From contig CALXKE010000004.1 of assembly GCA_944388805.1 (NCBI GenBank), positions 6,799 through 70,798 on the forward strand: a DNA stretch of 64,000 nt, read 5' to 3'. The DNA comes from an uncultured Clostridia bacterium (lineage in GTDB: Bacteria; Bacillota; Clostridia; TANB77; CAG-508). The position numbers and the translations under genes are program-made. Below, piece by piece: positions 17,600-28,239 of the stretch (positions are counted from its first letter, which is position 1; the number at the start of each line of letters is the position of its first letter). The notes under the pieces are model-generated. The model saw nothing but the letters and a program-made list of their open reading frames with translations, did no database searches and had not been told where the DNA came from.

Positions 17600-18487
17600 T
17601 TATATTTCAATATCCTTATAAGTTGTTACCATTTGTGCCCCTTGTTTAATTAGATCATTTGTTCCTACAGAATTCATTTCATCGATATTTCCTGGTACTA
17701 CATACACATCTCTTCCCTGTTCTAGTGCAAAATCAACAGTTATTAATGTCCCACTTTTCTTTTTAGCTTCAATAACGATAATTCCTTTGCTCATTCCACT
17801 AATTATCCTATTTCTTGCAGGAAAATTCATTTTTTCAGGTTTCGTTCCTAAAGGATATTCTGATATAATAGCACCATTTTCTTTTATGATTTTGTCATAT
17901 AAATATTGATTTTCTTTGGGATACACCATATCCAATCCACTTCCAATAACCCCTATTGTAATTCCTTTTGCTTTTATGGCACCAATATGAGATTGACTAT
18001 CAATCCCTTTTGCTAAACCACTAATAATGTTAATACTCTTTTTTGCTAAATTGTATGCAAAGTATTGTGCCACTCTTTCTCCATAAGAACTACATTTTCT
18101 ACATCCTACAATTCCAATTGCTGGTATATTTAATATATTTTCATTTCCTTTTACATATATGCTAACTGGATAATCATATATTGTTTTTAAAAGTTTAGGA
18201 TATTTTTCATCTTCTATGGTAATAATTTTCACATTTTCTTTGTGTAAGAATTCTATCTGTTTTTCTATATTTTCTTTGTTTTCTTTACAAATGATATTTT
18301 CTGCCAGTATTTCATTAAATCCTTTGATTTGTATAATTTCTTCTTTTTTTAAAGTATATATTTTTTCAGGTGTTTTATACCTATTTAATAATATTTGTTT
18401 TCGTATACTTCCTATTCCCTTTATACAAGATAACCATATCCAATATTTTTTCTTTTCTAATTCTTCTATTATGATACCTCCTTGCAA
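17600..18487 (-). CDS. dprA: DNA processing protein DprA
   Basis: Rossmann-like DprA core (..IVGCRKCSSYG..SGLAKGIDSQSH..VVPGNID..). The exact start is unclear: the track TTG precedes the SD CAAGGAGG and no ATG follows it. Confidence 0.85.
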   Translation of the reverse strand: MQGGIIIEELEKKKYWIWLSCIKGIGSIRKQILLNRYKTPEKIYTLKKEEIIQIKGFNEILAENIICKENKENIEKQIEFLHKENVKIITIEDEKYPKLLKTIYDYPVSIYVKGNENILNIPAIGIVGCRKCSSYGERVAQYFAYNLAKKSINIISGLAKGIDSQSHIGAIKAKGITIGVIGSGLDMVYPKENQYLYDKIIKENGAIISEYPLGTKPEKMNFPARNRIISGMSKGIIVIEAKKKSGTLITVDFALEQGRDVYVVPGNIDEMNSVGTNDLIKQGAQMVTTYKDIEI

Positions 18488-18707
18488 TATTTTATACTTT
18501 TTAGCAGAACAATAGTGAACTTTTTTAAACGTTTTATCTGTTTATTCCATTTCAAAGCTTACATCATTCCTCTGTATAACTTTTCTTTTGAAAAAATATT
18601 AAATTTTTATTTTCTCTTTGAGCCTAATTAACTTAAAGTTTCATATTGTTCCTATTCATCAAAAAAGACACTTTAAAACTAAGTGCCCCTTTAATATTCA
18701 TTTTTTC

Positions 18708-19559
18708 TTATATATTATTTTGATTTTTTGTTGCTTTGATAACATTATTCATAAGCATTGCTACTGTCATTGGTCCTACTCCCCCTGGAACTGGTGTAAT
18801 ATAGCTTGCTTTTTCTTTTACATTTTCGAAATCAACATCTCCCGTTATTTTCTTATCTTTTCCTCTATTGATTCCTACATCAATAACCACTGCTCCATCT
18901 TTTACCATATCTGCTGTTACATAATTTGGTTTTCCAATTGCTGCCACTAATATATCTGCATTTCTTGTTTTTTCTTTTAATTCTTTTGTTCTTGAATGAC
19001 AAATGGTTACTGTTGCATGTTTATTTAAACAACATGCCATTAGTGGTTTTCCTACAATATTACTTCTTCCTATAATAACTAGATTTTTGCCTTCTAAATC
19101 TATATGATATTCTTCAAACATTTTCATAATTCCAAATGGTGTACAAGATATAAATGTATCTTGATTCAATAATAGTTTTCCAACATTGATTGGATTAAAA
19201 CCATCTACATCTTTTTCATGAGATATTTCTCTAAATGCTTCATCTATATCTAAATGTTTTGGAATTGGACTTTGTAATAATATTCCATTGACAGCTTTAT
19301 CTTCATTTAATTTATGAATTAAGTCTATTAATTCTGTTTGTGTGATACTAGCATCTAATATATGTTCTTCATATTCTACCCCAATTTCATCACATGCTTT
19401 ACTTTTATTTCTAACATATACCTTTGAAGCTGGATCATCTCCTACCATAATGACTGCAAATTTAGGTATAATTCCTCTTTCCTTTAATTTCTCACATTCT
19501 ATTTTTAAATTACTTCTTACTTTTTTTGCTAATTCTTTTCCATCAATAATTACTGCCAT
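18708..19559 (-). CDS. folD: Bifunctional methylenetetrahydrofolate dehydrogenase/cyclohydrolase FolD
   Basis: MAVIIDGKELAKKVR..VGDDPASKVYVRNK..GRSNIVGKP..TPVPGGVGPMT; 283 aa. Confidence 0.92.
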   Translation of the reverse strand: MAVIIDGKELAKKVRSNLKIECEKLKERGIIPKFAVIMVGDDPASKVYVRNKSKACDEIGVEYEEHILDASITQTELIDLIHKLNEDKAVNGILLQSPIPKHLDIDEAFREISHEKDVDGFNPINVGKLLLNQDTFISCTPFGIMKMFEEYHIDLEGKNLVIIGRSNIVGKPLMACCLNKHATVTICHSRTKELKEKTRNADILVAAIGKPNYVTADMVKDGAVVIDVGINRGKDKKITGDVDFENVKEKASYITPVPGGVGPMTVAMLMNNVIKATKNQNNI

Positions 19560-19729
19560 TTTTCTATTTTATAGAGCACATGGACTCTATATCTCCTTTC
19601 TTTCTTTCTCAACTGATTATATACTAACACATTTATTTTTGCAATAACAAATCTTGCTTTTAAAAAATTTCTTTATACATTTTTTTATTAACTGTTTACT
19701 TTAATTTTGAATATATATAAATATATAAT

Positions 19730-19769
19730 AAGCTATCCTGTTTTTTTATATTTTTTAACAGAATAGCTT
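19730..19769 (-). terminator. Stem-loop downstream of the HAD hydrolase gene
   Basis: aagctatcctgtt / aacagaatagctt 12-13 bp stem with an A/T loop. The T-tract is weak. Confidence 0.4.
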
Positions 19770-19916
19770 TTGAAAAAAAGGGGATGTTTATGATTATAAA
19801 TATACTATTTGTATATGTATAGTTTTTGCAAGAAATGTGAATTATATGTGAAATTCATCACCCTTTTCTATTTTTCTCCCCTTTATATATTCTTCTTTTA
19901 CTTTCTCTCTTTATTT

Positions 19917-20537
19917 CTAAACTCTAATTTTGTATTCTTTTAATAATGCTAAAATATCTTGGCTATCATTTGGTTTTACTCTTCTTCCCAATATTCCTAA
20001 TTTATTTGCTGTTTCTAAACTCTTCCCTGTGTCATCATCATCAATAAATAAACATTCTTCCGGACTTAAATGATATCTATCTAGCAAAGTCATGAATATC
20101 TTTTCATCAGGTTTTACTAAGTGTTCATAAGCTGAAATCATAATTCCATCACATATTTTAAAGAAATGTATCTCTTTAAAATATGTATAAGTAAATTCTG
20201 ACATATTTGATAAAACATATATATGATATCCTTTTTCCTTTAAGTCTTTTGCAATTTTCACAGTTTCTTCATTGACTGTAAAATACTGACATCTATTATT
20301 CATTACCTCTTCAATTAACTCGCTATACTCCTTCGGAGCTTTTCGTTGCATTTCTTTTATCGCTTGTTCATGGCTAATATTTCCTAAATCTAATAAATTC
20401 CACTCTTCTGTTTTATAAATGTATTTTTGTAAATCTTCTGCTTTATTAACATCATTTGTAAAATTCATTAATGTTTTTATATTAGAATCTTTTTTTATAA
20501 TCACATTCATTAAATCAAATATAATATTTTTTATCAT
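19917..20537 (-). CDS. HAD-superfamily hydrolase
   Basis: N-terminal IIFDLMNVI (motif I variant), SNMS (motif II), FIDDD (motif IV). 206 aa. Confidence 0.7.
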   Translation of the reverse strand: MIKNIIFDLMNVIIKKDSNIKTLMNFTNDVNKAEDLQKYIYKTEEWNLLDLGNISHEQAIKEMQRKAPKEYSELIEEVMNNRCQYFTVNEETVKIAKDLKEKGYHIYVLSNMSEFTYTYFKEIHFFKICDGIMISAYEHLVKPDEKIFMTLLDRYHLSPEECLFIDDDDTGKSLETANKLGILGRRVKPNDSQDILALLKEYKIRV

Positions 20538-20572
20538 TTTTTCTTTTCCTTTACATATTTTAATTATGTTCT

Positions 20573-20827
20573 TTATTCCTCTTCATCCATGATTCCAATA
20601 CGATATTCAATATTTTCCATATGTGGAAACATTTCCTTTACTCTTTTTAGTGTCAGCATTGTCATTTTAGGTTGTGGGTTTTTAGGATTTTTAGATAATA
20701 ATTTTTGTGTATAACAATTTGATGCTGTTTTAAACAATAAATAGCGATTTCTTACATAGGTATAATAAATCTGATATCCATCATCTAAATCCTCCCACAT
20801 CATTTCAAATGTATAGTTTTTGTCCAT
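20573..20827 (-). CDS. Small hypothetical protein
   Basis: ATG 20827 (MDKNYTFEMMWEDLDDGYQIYY..) is 7 nt after AAAGGAGG. The upstream part of track ORF 20573-20884 runs through a palindromic repeat. Confidence 0.55.
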   Translation of the reverse strand: MDKNYTFEMMWEDLDDGYQIYYTYVRNRYLLFKTASNCYTQKLLSKNPKNPQPKMTMLTLKRVKEMFPHMENIEYRIGIMDEEE

Positions 20828-20841
20828 TTTTTCCTCCTTTT

Positions 20842-20872
20842 GTCTCATAGAGTTCGTTTGTCTATGCGACAT
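20842..20872. repeat. Short palindromic repeat P3 (gtc-catagag-ttcgttt-gtctatgcgac), copy 1
   Basis: gtctcatagagttcgtttgtctatgcgacat is the reverse complement (1 mismatch) of 58458-58490. Confidence 0.75.
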
Positions 20873-20915
20873 TTTTTGTCCCATTAGGACCGTTTCTGTT
20901 TGCGATATTTTGAAC

Positions 20916-23084
<2,169 letters not shown>

Positions 23085-23172
23085 TTGTAATTTTATTTTC
23101 TTTCCTATTATATACAATTCGAGTAAAAAAATAAAGGAATTTTAAAAAATTCCTTATTTAAATCAAATGAAT

Positions 23173-23844
23173 TTATCTATCTTGTTTTTCCACAATTTCA
23201 TTCTTATTCTTATAAATACTATTTTCTGGAACCACACCTCTTACAGAAGATAATGGATAAATATTTGAATTTCTTCCAATAACTGTTCCTGGATTTAATA
23301 CAGAACCACACCCAACTTCTACATTATCTCCAAGCATAGCTCCCACTTTTTTTCTCTTAGTTTCCATGGTTTCTTTACCATTTTTTATGATAACTAATTG
23401 TTTATCTGATTTTACATTAGATGTAATAGAACCTGCTCCCATATGTGCTTTATATCCTAAAATAGAGTCTCCTACATAGTTATAATGTGGAACTTGCACT
23501 TTATTAAATAAAATAACATTTTTTAATTCAGTCGAATTTCCAACAACTGCCCCTTCTCCTACAATCGCATTTCCTCTAATAAATGCACAATGTCTTACTT
23601 CTGCGTCTTTTCCAATAATGGCAGGACCATTAATATATGCTGTTGGTGCTACTTTTGCACTTTTTGCAATCCACACATTTTCTCCTACTTTTTCATATTC
23701 GTTTTTATCTAATGTTTCTCCTAATTCTAAAATATAGTCTCCTATATTAGGCAATACTTCCCAAGGATATGTACTTTTTTCTAATAACGTTTTTGCAATT
23801 GTTTCTTCTAAATTATATAAATTTTTAATTTTACATTCTTCCAT
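23173..23844 (-). CDS. Left-handed beta-helix (hexapeptide-repeat) transferase, GlmU C-terminal-domain-like
   Basis: Repeated [LIV]-G-x4 hexapeptides (..IGKDAEVRHCAFIRGNAIVGEGAVVGNSTELKNVILF..). Start placed at MEECKIK (ATG 23844) behind AAAGGA; the track ORF start at 23910 lies inside repeat C. Confidence 0.7.
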   Translation of the reverse strand: MEECKIKNLYNLEETIAKTLLEKSTYPWEVLPNIGDYILELGETLDKNEYEKVGENVWIAKSAKVAPTAYINGPAIIGKDAEVRHCAFIRGNAIVGEGAVVGNSTELKNVILFNKVQVPHYNYVGDSILGYKAHMGAGSITSNVKSDKQLVIIKNGKETMETKRKKVGAMLGDNVEVGCGSVLNPGTVIGRNSNIYPLSSVRGVVPENSIYKNKNEIVEKQDR

Positions 23845-23866
23845 TATTCTCATTCCTTTCTCAAAT

Positions 23867-24012
23867 GTGATTTGGGGACGGACGAAAAGGGAAATCGGGG
23901 ACGGACTCATTTTTCCCTTTTTGCTTAAATAACTAAAAAAATATATTAAATTTTATAAAAAGGGAAAAATGAGTCCGTCCCCGATTTCCCTTTTCGTCCG
24001 TCCCCAAATCCC
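23867..24012. repeat. Palindromic element PE1, full copy C (inverted relative to B)
   Basis: Arm sequence as in copy A. Its right terminus ..ccccaaatccc directly abuts the TAA stop (24013-24015) of the pyrophosphorylase gene. Confidence 0.9.
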
Positions 24013-25257
24013 TTAATTTCTGTTCCAAAATTTTTCATATAATTCCTTTGCTGTTTTTGGACTATCTACTCCTTCTTTGTTTTTCACAGGTGCAAAGTCA
24101 TCTTCTCTTTTTCCTCTTAAAATGGCAATATCATCAAATAATTCAAAAGCATCAAATATGAAGGATTCAAATTTATATGAATTTTCTTCTTGCGGAATTA
24201 CTTCTTTTCCATTTTCATCTATATATGAATTTTTCTTAAAAGCACTGTGATATATTAATGTTTCTTTACTTATCTTTTCAATAGCTTCTATTGTATATAA
24301 ATTACACATAATATGGGCTTCTCCATATTTTAGTTCCCCATCTTCATCTACTTCTTCTGCCATTTTATCTGGCATTTCTGAATATTCAATAACTTTAGGG
24401 TGTCCATTCATTTTGGCAAATACGCCAACACGTTCATGTGGATTTGCTTTAACAATTGATTTTGACGCAATTTGTACTTTTTTATCAATTGCCATTCCTA
24501 ACAAAATGGTATCTGCCATTTTTAGTAAGGCATTATCGACTCCTCCAATAAATACCCATTTGATTCCTTTTTCTTTCATTTCTGCTAAACATCCACTTGC
24601 TCTTAGAGAAGAATATGTACCACCATTTCCATCAGATGCTTCCTTTATTTTCATATCTTTTCCTACTAGTAATTTTCCATTTACATCTACTAAAGGCAAT
24701 TCACTTTGTGCAAAAAATCTTACGGAATCTTTGTCATATCCAAAATAGTTATGTTTTTCCATAAATTCAATTGTTTCATCATTATTTTGTTTACTTGTCA
24801 TGATATACCATGGAATCACTCTACCATATTTTTGATTGGCTTCTTTTAAATTTTCTGCTAATATTTCAAATAAATATTTTCCTTTTCCATAAACATCTAA
24901 TTTAAAAGTTCCTTTTGGACCTGAATGTCCTAACCTTGTTCCTTGACCACCTGCCATGGTTACCACAGCATATTCACCTTTTTCTAGGATGGCATCTCCC
25001 AATCTTTGAAATTTTTCTTTTTGCTCTTCTGATAATTTTTTCTTATCTAAATATGGTAATGGCTCTATTTTATTTTCTTTTATTTCTATTTCTTTTTTTG
25101 TATTGTCATATAATTCTTTTAATTGGTGAAAATCAATCTTGCTAATTTGTTCTACCAATGCTTGTTTTTTATCTTCATCTAATTTTTCTATCAATTTTAT
25201 AATATGTTCTTGATTATACATTTTTAATATGTCTATTGTGTCCTGTACCTTATCCAT
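24013..25257 (-). CDS. UDPGP-family UDP-sugar (UDP-N-acetylhexosamine-type) pyrophosphorylase
   Basis: VTMAGGQGTRLGHSGPKGTF nucleotide-binding loop and ..DGNGG.. motifs typical of UAP/UGP type-1 family enzymes. 414 aa. Confidence 0.8.
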   Translation of the reverse strand: MDKVQDTIDILKMYNQEHIIKLIEKLDEDKKQALVEQISKIDFHQLKELYDNTKKEIEIKENKIEPLPYLDKKKLSEEQKEKFQRLGDAILEKGEYAVVTMAGGQGTRLGHSGPKGTFKLDVYGKGKYLFEILAENLKEANQKYGRVIPWYIMTSKQNNDETIEFMEKHNYFGYDKDSVRFFAQSELPLVDVNGKLLVGKDMKIKEASDGNGGTYSSLRASGCLAEMKEKGIKWVFIGGVDNALLKMADTILLGMAIDKKVQIASKSIVKANPHERVGVFAKMNGHPKVIEYSEMPDKMAEEVDEDGELKYGEAHIMCNLYTIEAIEKISKETLIYHSAFKKNSYIDENGKEVIPQEENSYKFESFIFDAFELFDDIAILRGKREDDFAPVKNKEGVDSPKTAKELYEKFWNRN

Positions 25258-25407
25258 TTTGTTTCGCTCCTTTTAGCTAATATAGTATAGTATATGTTTT
25301 CATTTTAATATTGACATTTTATCATACTCCAATATTTTTATCAAGTTTTTTAAAAAACTTGTCATAAACCTAGAAAAATTCCAATATACATTAAGTAAAG
25401 TAATTTA

Positions 25408-25543
25408 GAACAAAAGCGACATGATTAGAAACTTTGTCCTTTTAGTTAAATTACATGTCGCGTCTTTGTTCGTGCACCAATTTTATGTAAGTAAAATTGT
25501 GTGCAACGATTTTACTTTTAGAAAATCACATTTTCTAAAAGTA
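25408..25543. repeat. Three-hairpin element, family PE2, diverged copy c
   Basis: Same order as copies a and b: long hairpin (gaacaaaagcgacatg../..catgtcgcgtctttgttc), then gtgcac-caatttta-tgtaag-taaaattg-tgtgcaac, then acttttagaaaat-cac-attttctaaaagt. Stems differ from a/b but stay paired, and the flanking gtgca/tgtgcaac is conserved. Confidence 0.6.
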
Positions 25544-25581
25544 TGCAAACATTTTGAAAGTGATTAAAAGGAGGTATATAG

Positions 25582-27060
25582 ATGGAAAATACAAGATTGT
25601 ATCAAGACATCGCAAAAAGGACTGATGGAGATATTTATGTAGGAGTCGTTGGTCCTGTACGAACTGGTAAATCCACTTTTATTAAAAGATTTATGGATTT
25701 ATTAGTCATTCCCAACATTGATAATGAATACAAAAAAGAAAGGGCTAAAGATGAATTACCACAAAGTGCTGGTGGTAGAACTATCATGACAACAGAACCA
25801 AAATTCGTTCCTAATGAAGCAATTGAAATCACCTTAAATGACAATTTAAAATTCAAAGCAAGATTAGTAGATTGTGTTGGATATTTAGTAGATAATGCGA
25901 TTGGCTATTTAGAAGATGACATGCCTAGAATGGTAAAAACACCTTGGTCTGAGGAAGAAATTCCTTTTGAAACAGCCGCTGAAATTGGGACAAAAAAGGT
26001 AATTGAAGAACATTCTACGATTGGTGTTTTAGTTACAACTGATGGAACTATCACAGATATTCCAAGGGAAGATTATGTAAAAGCTGAAGAAAGAGTTGTT
26101 AATGAATTAAAAGCTTTAAATAAGCCATTTATTATTTTATTAAATTCAAATGACCCTGATTCAGAATATACAAAAGAGCTTGCAGAAGAACTAAGCGAAA
26201 AATACAATACATCTGTTATGCCTCTTAATTGTGAATATTTAACGATTGAAAATATTAATACGATGTTTTCAAAAGTATTATATGAATTTCCTGTTGACCA
26301 AATCTGCATCAAATTTCCTAGATGGATTGATGGATTAGATATGTCACACCCTTTAAAAACAGAATTATATAAAGAAATTAAAGATGCTTTTTCTAATGTA
26401 AATGTCCTAAAAGAAATCTCAGGCTGTGCAGATACCATTAAACAAACAGAAATCATTTCAAAAACTTCTATAACAGATATCCAGTTAGGTACTGGAAAAG
26501 TAAATGTAGAAATCACCTTAAAAGAAGAATTATTCTACCAAGTGCTTACAGAAATTACAGGTATTCCAGTTTCTAATGAAGGAGATTTGTTTAGTATTAT
26601 TTCTGAATTAGCTGATGTGAAAAAGAAATATGATAAAATCGCTTATGCCTTAGATGAAGTTAATAGAAAAGGTTATGGAATTGTAACACCTTCAATGGAT
26701 GAATTAATCTTAGAAGAACCAGAAATGGTAAAACAAGGATCAAAATTTGGCGTAAAATTAAAAGCCATGGCTCCTTCTATTCACCTTATTAAAACCAATG
26801 TTGCAACAGAAGTATGCCCAATTGTTGGTTCTGAAAAACAATCAGAAGAATTAGTCAATTACTTACTTTCAGGATTTGAAAGTGATCCTCAAAAAATCTG
26901 GGAATCAAATATCTTTGGAAAAAGTCTACATGAATTGGTAAATGAAGGCTTACAAACCAAACTGGCCAAAATGCCTGAAGAAGCACAAATTAAATTACAA
27001 GAAACATTAGAAAGAATTGTTAATGAAGGTAGTGGTGGATTGATTTGTATTATTCTTTAA
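25582..27060 (+). CDS. spoIVA: Stage IV sporulation protein A (spore coat morphogenetic ATPase)
   Basis: YVGVVGPVRTGKSTFIKRFM Walker A and full-length 492 aa with a conserved C-terminus ..GSGGLICIIL. Strong SD AAAGGAGG. Confidence 0.93.
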   Translation: MENTRLYQDIAKRTDGDIYVGVVGPVRTGKSTFIKRFMDLLVIPNIDNEYKKERAKDELPQSAGGRTIMTTEPKFVPNEAIEITLNDNLKFKARLVDCVGYLVDNAIGYLEDDMPRMVKTPWSEEEIPFETAAEIGTKKVIEEHSTIGVLVTTDGTITDIPREDYVKAEERVVNELKALNKPFIILLNSNDPDSEYTKELAEELSEKYNTSVMPLNCEYLTIENINTMFSKVLYEFPVDQICIKFPRWIDGLDMSHPLKTELYKEIKDAFSNVNVLKEISGCADTIKQTEIISKTSITDIQLGTGKVNVEITLKEELFYQVLTEITGIPVSNEGDLFSIISELADVKKKYDKIAYALDEVNRKGYGIVTPSMDELILEEPEMVKQGSKFGVKLKAMAPSIHLIKTNVATEVCPIVGSEKQSEELVNYLLSGFESDPQKIWESNIFGKSLHELVNEGLQTKLAKMPEEAQIKLQETLERIVNEGSGGLICIIL

Positions 27061-27098
27061 AGTAGACCTTTAGGAACGTACCCAATCGTTTCAAAATT

Positions 27099-27136
27099 GA
27101 AAACGGGCCTAGAAATTTTCATTCTAGACTCGTTTT
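27099..27136. terminator. Bidirectional terminator between convergent spoIVA and the phosphatase gene
   Basis: aaaacgggcctagaa-attttca-ttctagactcgttttt, an imperfect stem with flanking A and T runs. Confidence 0.55.
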
Positions 27137-27149
27137 TCTTAATTCTCAT

Positions 27150-27680
27150 TTATGCTTCTCTCTTTAAGAAAAAGTATTCTAAGTTGCCTGACATCATTTT
27201 TTCATTCTTGATGTCATAGATTCTCTTAATTATTCTCATAATTCCGTTGCTTGTACATACCAGAATTACAGAATCATCTGGATAAGTTGCAAGAATTGTT
27301 TCAATCGCTTTTCTTACTCTTGCTTCTACATCTTGATGTCTTTCACCATGAGGTGGTACATAATCTCCTTGTTGAAAGGATTTTCGAAGTTTCTGATTAA
27401 CATCCTCTTTCTTCAATCCTTCCCAATCTCCAAGACTGATTTCTGTAAAGCCATCCTCTTCAATGAATTCCCGGTTTAGGAAAATAGCTTGTAATGTGTG
27501 TTTTGTTCTTTTAAGAGGTGAACAATATATCGCATCAAAATGATATGTTTTAAAAGTTTCTTTCATTTTTTCTGCTTTTTTCCTTCCCTCTTCTGTAATA
27601 TCTGTATCTATTCTTCCACAAAACCTTCCCTCTTTGTTAAACTTAGTTTCTGCATGTCTCAAAAAAATGATTTGTTTCAT
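27150..27680 (-). CDS. Histidine phosphatase (PGAM-like) family protein, short form
   Basis: IIFLRHAETKFN (RHG-type catalytic motif) and ..SPLKRTKHT.. Start at MKQIIF (ATG 27680), 7 nt after AAGGAG. Contains an in-frame CGG (27471-27473). Confidence 0.8.
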   Translation of the reverse strand: MKQIIFLRHAETKFNKEGRFCGRIDTDITEEGRKKAEKMKETFKTYHFDAIYCSPLKRTKHTLQAIFLNREFIEEDGFTEISLGDWEGLKKEDVNQKLRKSFQQGDYVPPHGERHQDVEARVRKAIETILATYPDDSVILVCTSNGIMRIIKRIYDIKNEKMMSGNLEYFFLKREA

Positions 27681-27702
27681 ATGCACTCTCCTTATATGTT
27701 AT

Positions 27703-28236
27703 TTAAAACTGAAAACTTTTTACCTCACAGTTTTTAATACATAACGGTAAACATGCTCCACTTTCAGGTATTTCATTGAAATAACAATTAACAGCTATAC
27801 TAACACCTCCATGAGTTACTAATAAAATATTCTTATCTTTATACTTCTTTTTTATCTCGTCTAAAAATAAAAATATTCTATTAAAGAAAACTCTTATATT
27901 TTCAGCTTTTTCATAAGTTACATTTTTCTTGTAATTCCAAAACTCCTGAAAATCAAAATCATCTTTAGACATTCCTTCCATTTCTCCGAAATCTCTCTCA
28001 GAGATTCTTTCATCAAAGATAATAGAAATATTCTTCTCAGAATTAATGATTTCAGCCGTCTGTCTTGCTCTTTTTAATGGTGAACAAATAATGAAATCAA
28101 TGTTTTCTTCTTTTAGCTTTTCCATTGTTTCTTTTGCCTGTTCTATTCCCTTAGCATTTAACTCAATATCTGCTTTTCCTTGTACTTTACCATACAAGTT
28201 CCAGTCTGTTTCTCCATGCCTTGTTACATATAACAT
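27703..28236 (-). CDS. Histidine phosphatase (PGAM-like) family protein, short form
   Basis: MLYVTRHGETDWN.., SPLKRARQT, LLVTHGGV. 177 aa; 3-nt gap to the upstream gene. Confidence 0.8.
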   Translation of the reverse strand: MLYVTRHGETDWNLYGKVQGKADIELNAKGIEQAKETMEKLKEENIDFIICSPLKRARQTAEIINSEKNISIIFDERISERDFGEMEGMSKDDFDFQEFWNYKKNVTYEKAENIRVFFNRIFLFLDEIKKKYKDKNILLVTHGGVSIAVNCYFNEIPESGACLPLCIKNCEVKSFQF

Positions 28237-28239
28237 ATT

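Noticed and set aside
23845-23910. 22-codon N-terminal extension of the LbH transferase ORF (MSPSPISLFVRPQITFEKGMRI).
   Set aside because: It is encoded by the arm of PE1 copy C, and a better SD-ATG lies at 23844. It is kept only as a curiosity in the findings.
27075-27105. The shared AATCGTTTCAAAAT strings at 27083 and 31985 as direct-repeat att sites of an integrated island covering 27.1-31.9 kb.
   Set aside because: The same string family also occurs at 49870 and in other palindromic fragments, so it belongs to a dispersed repeat. No integrase is present, and the STAND gene inside the putative island has host-like composition.
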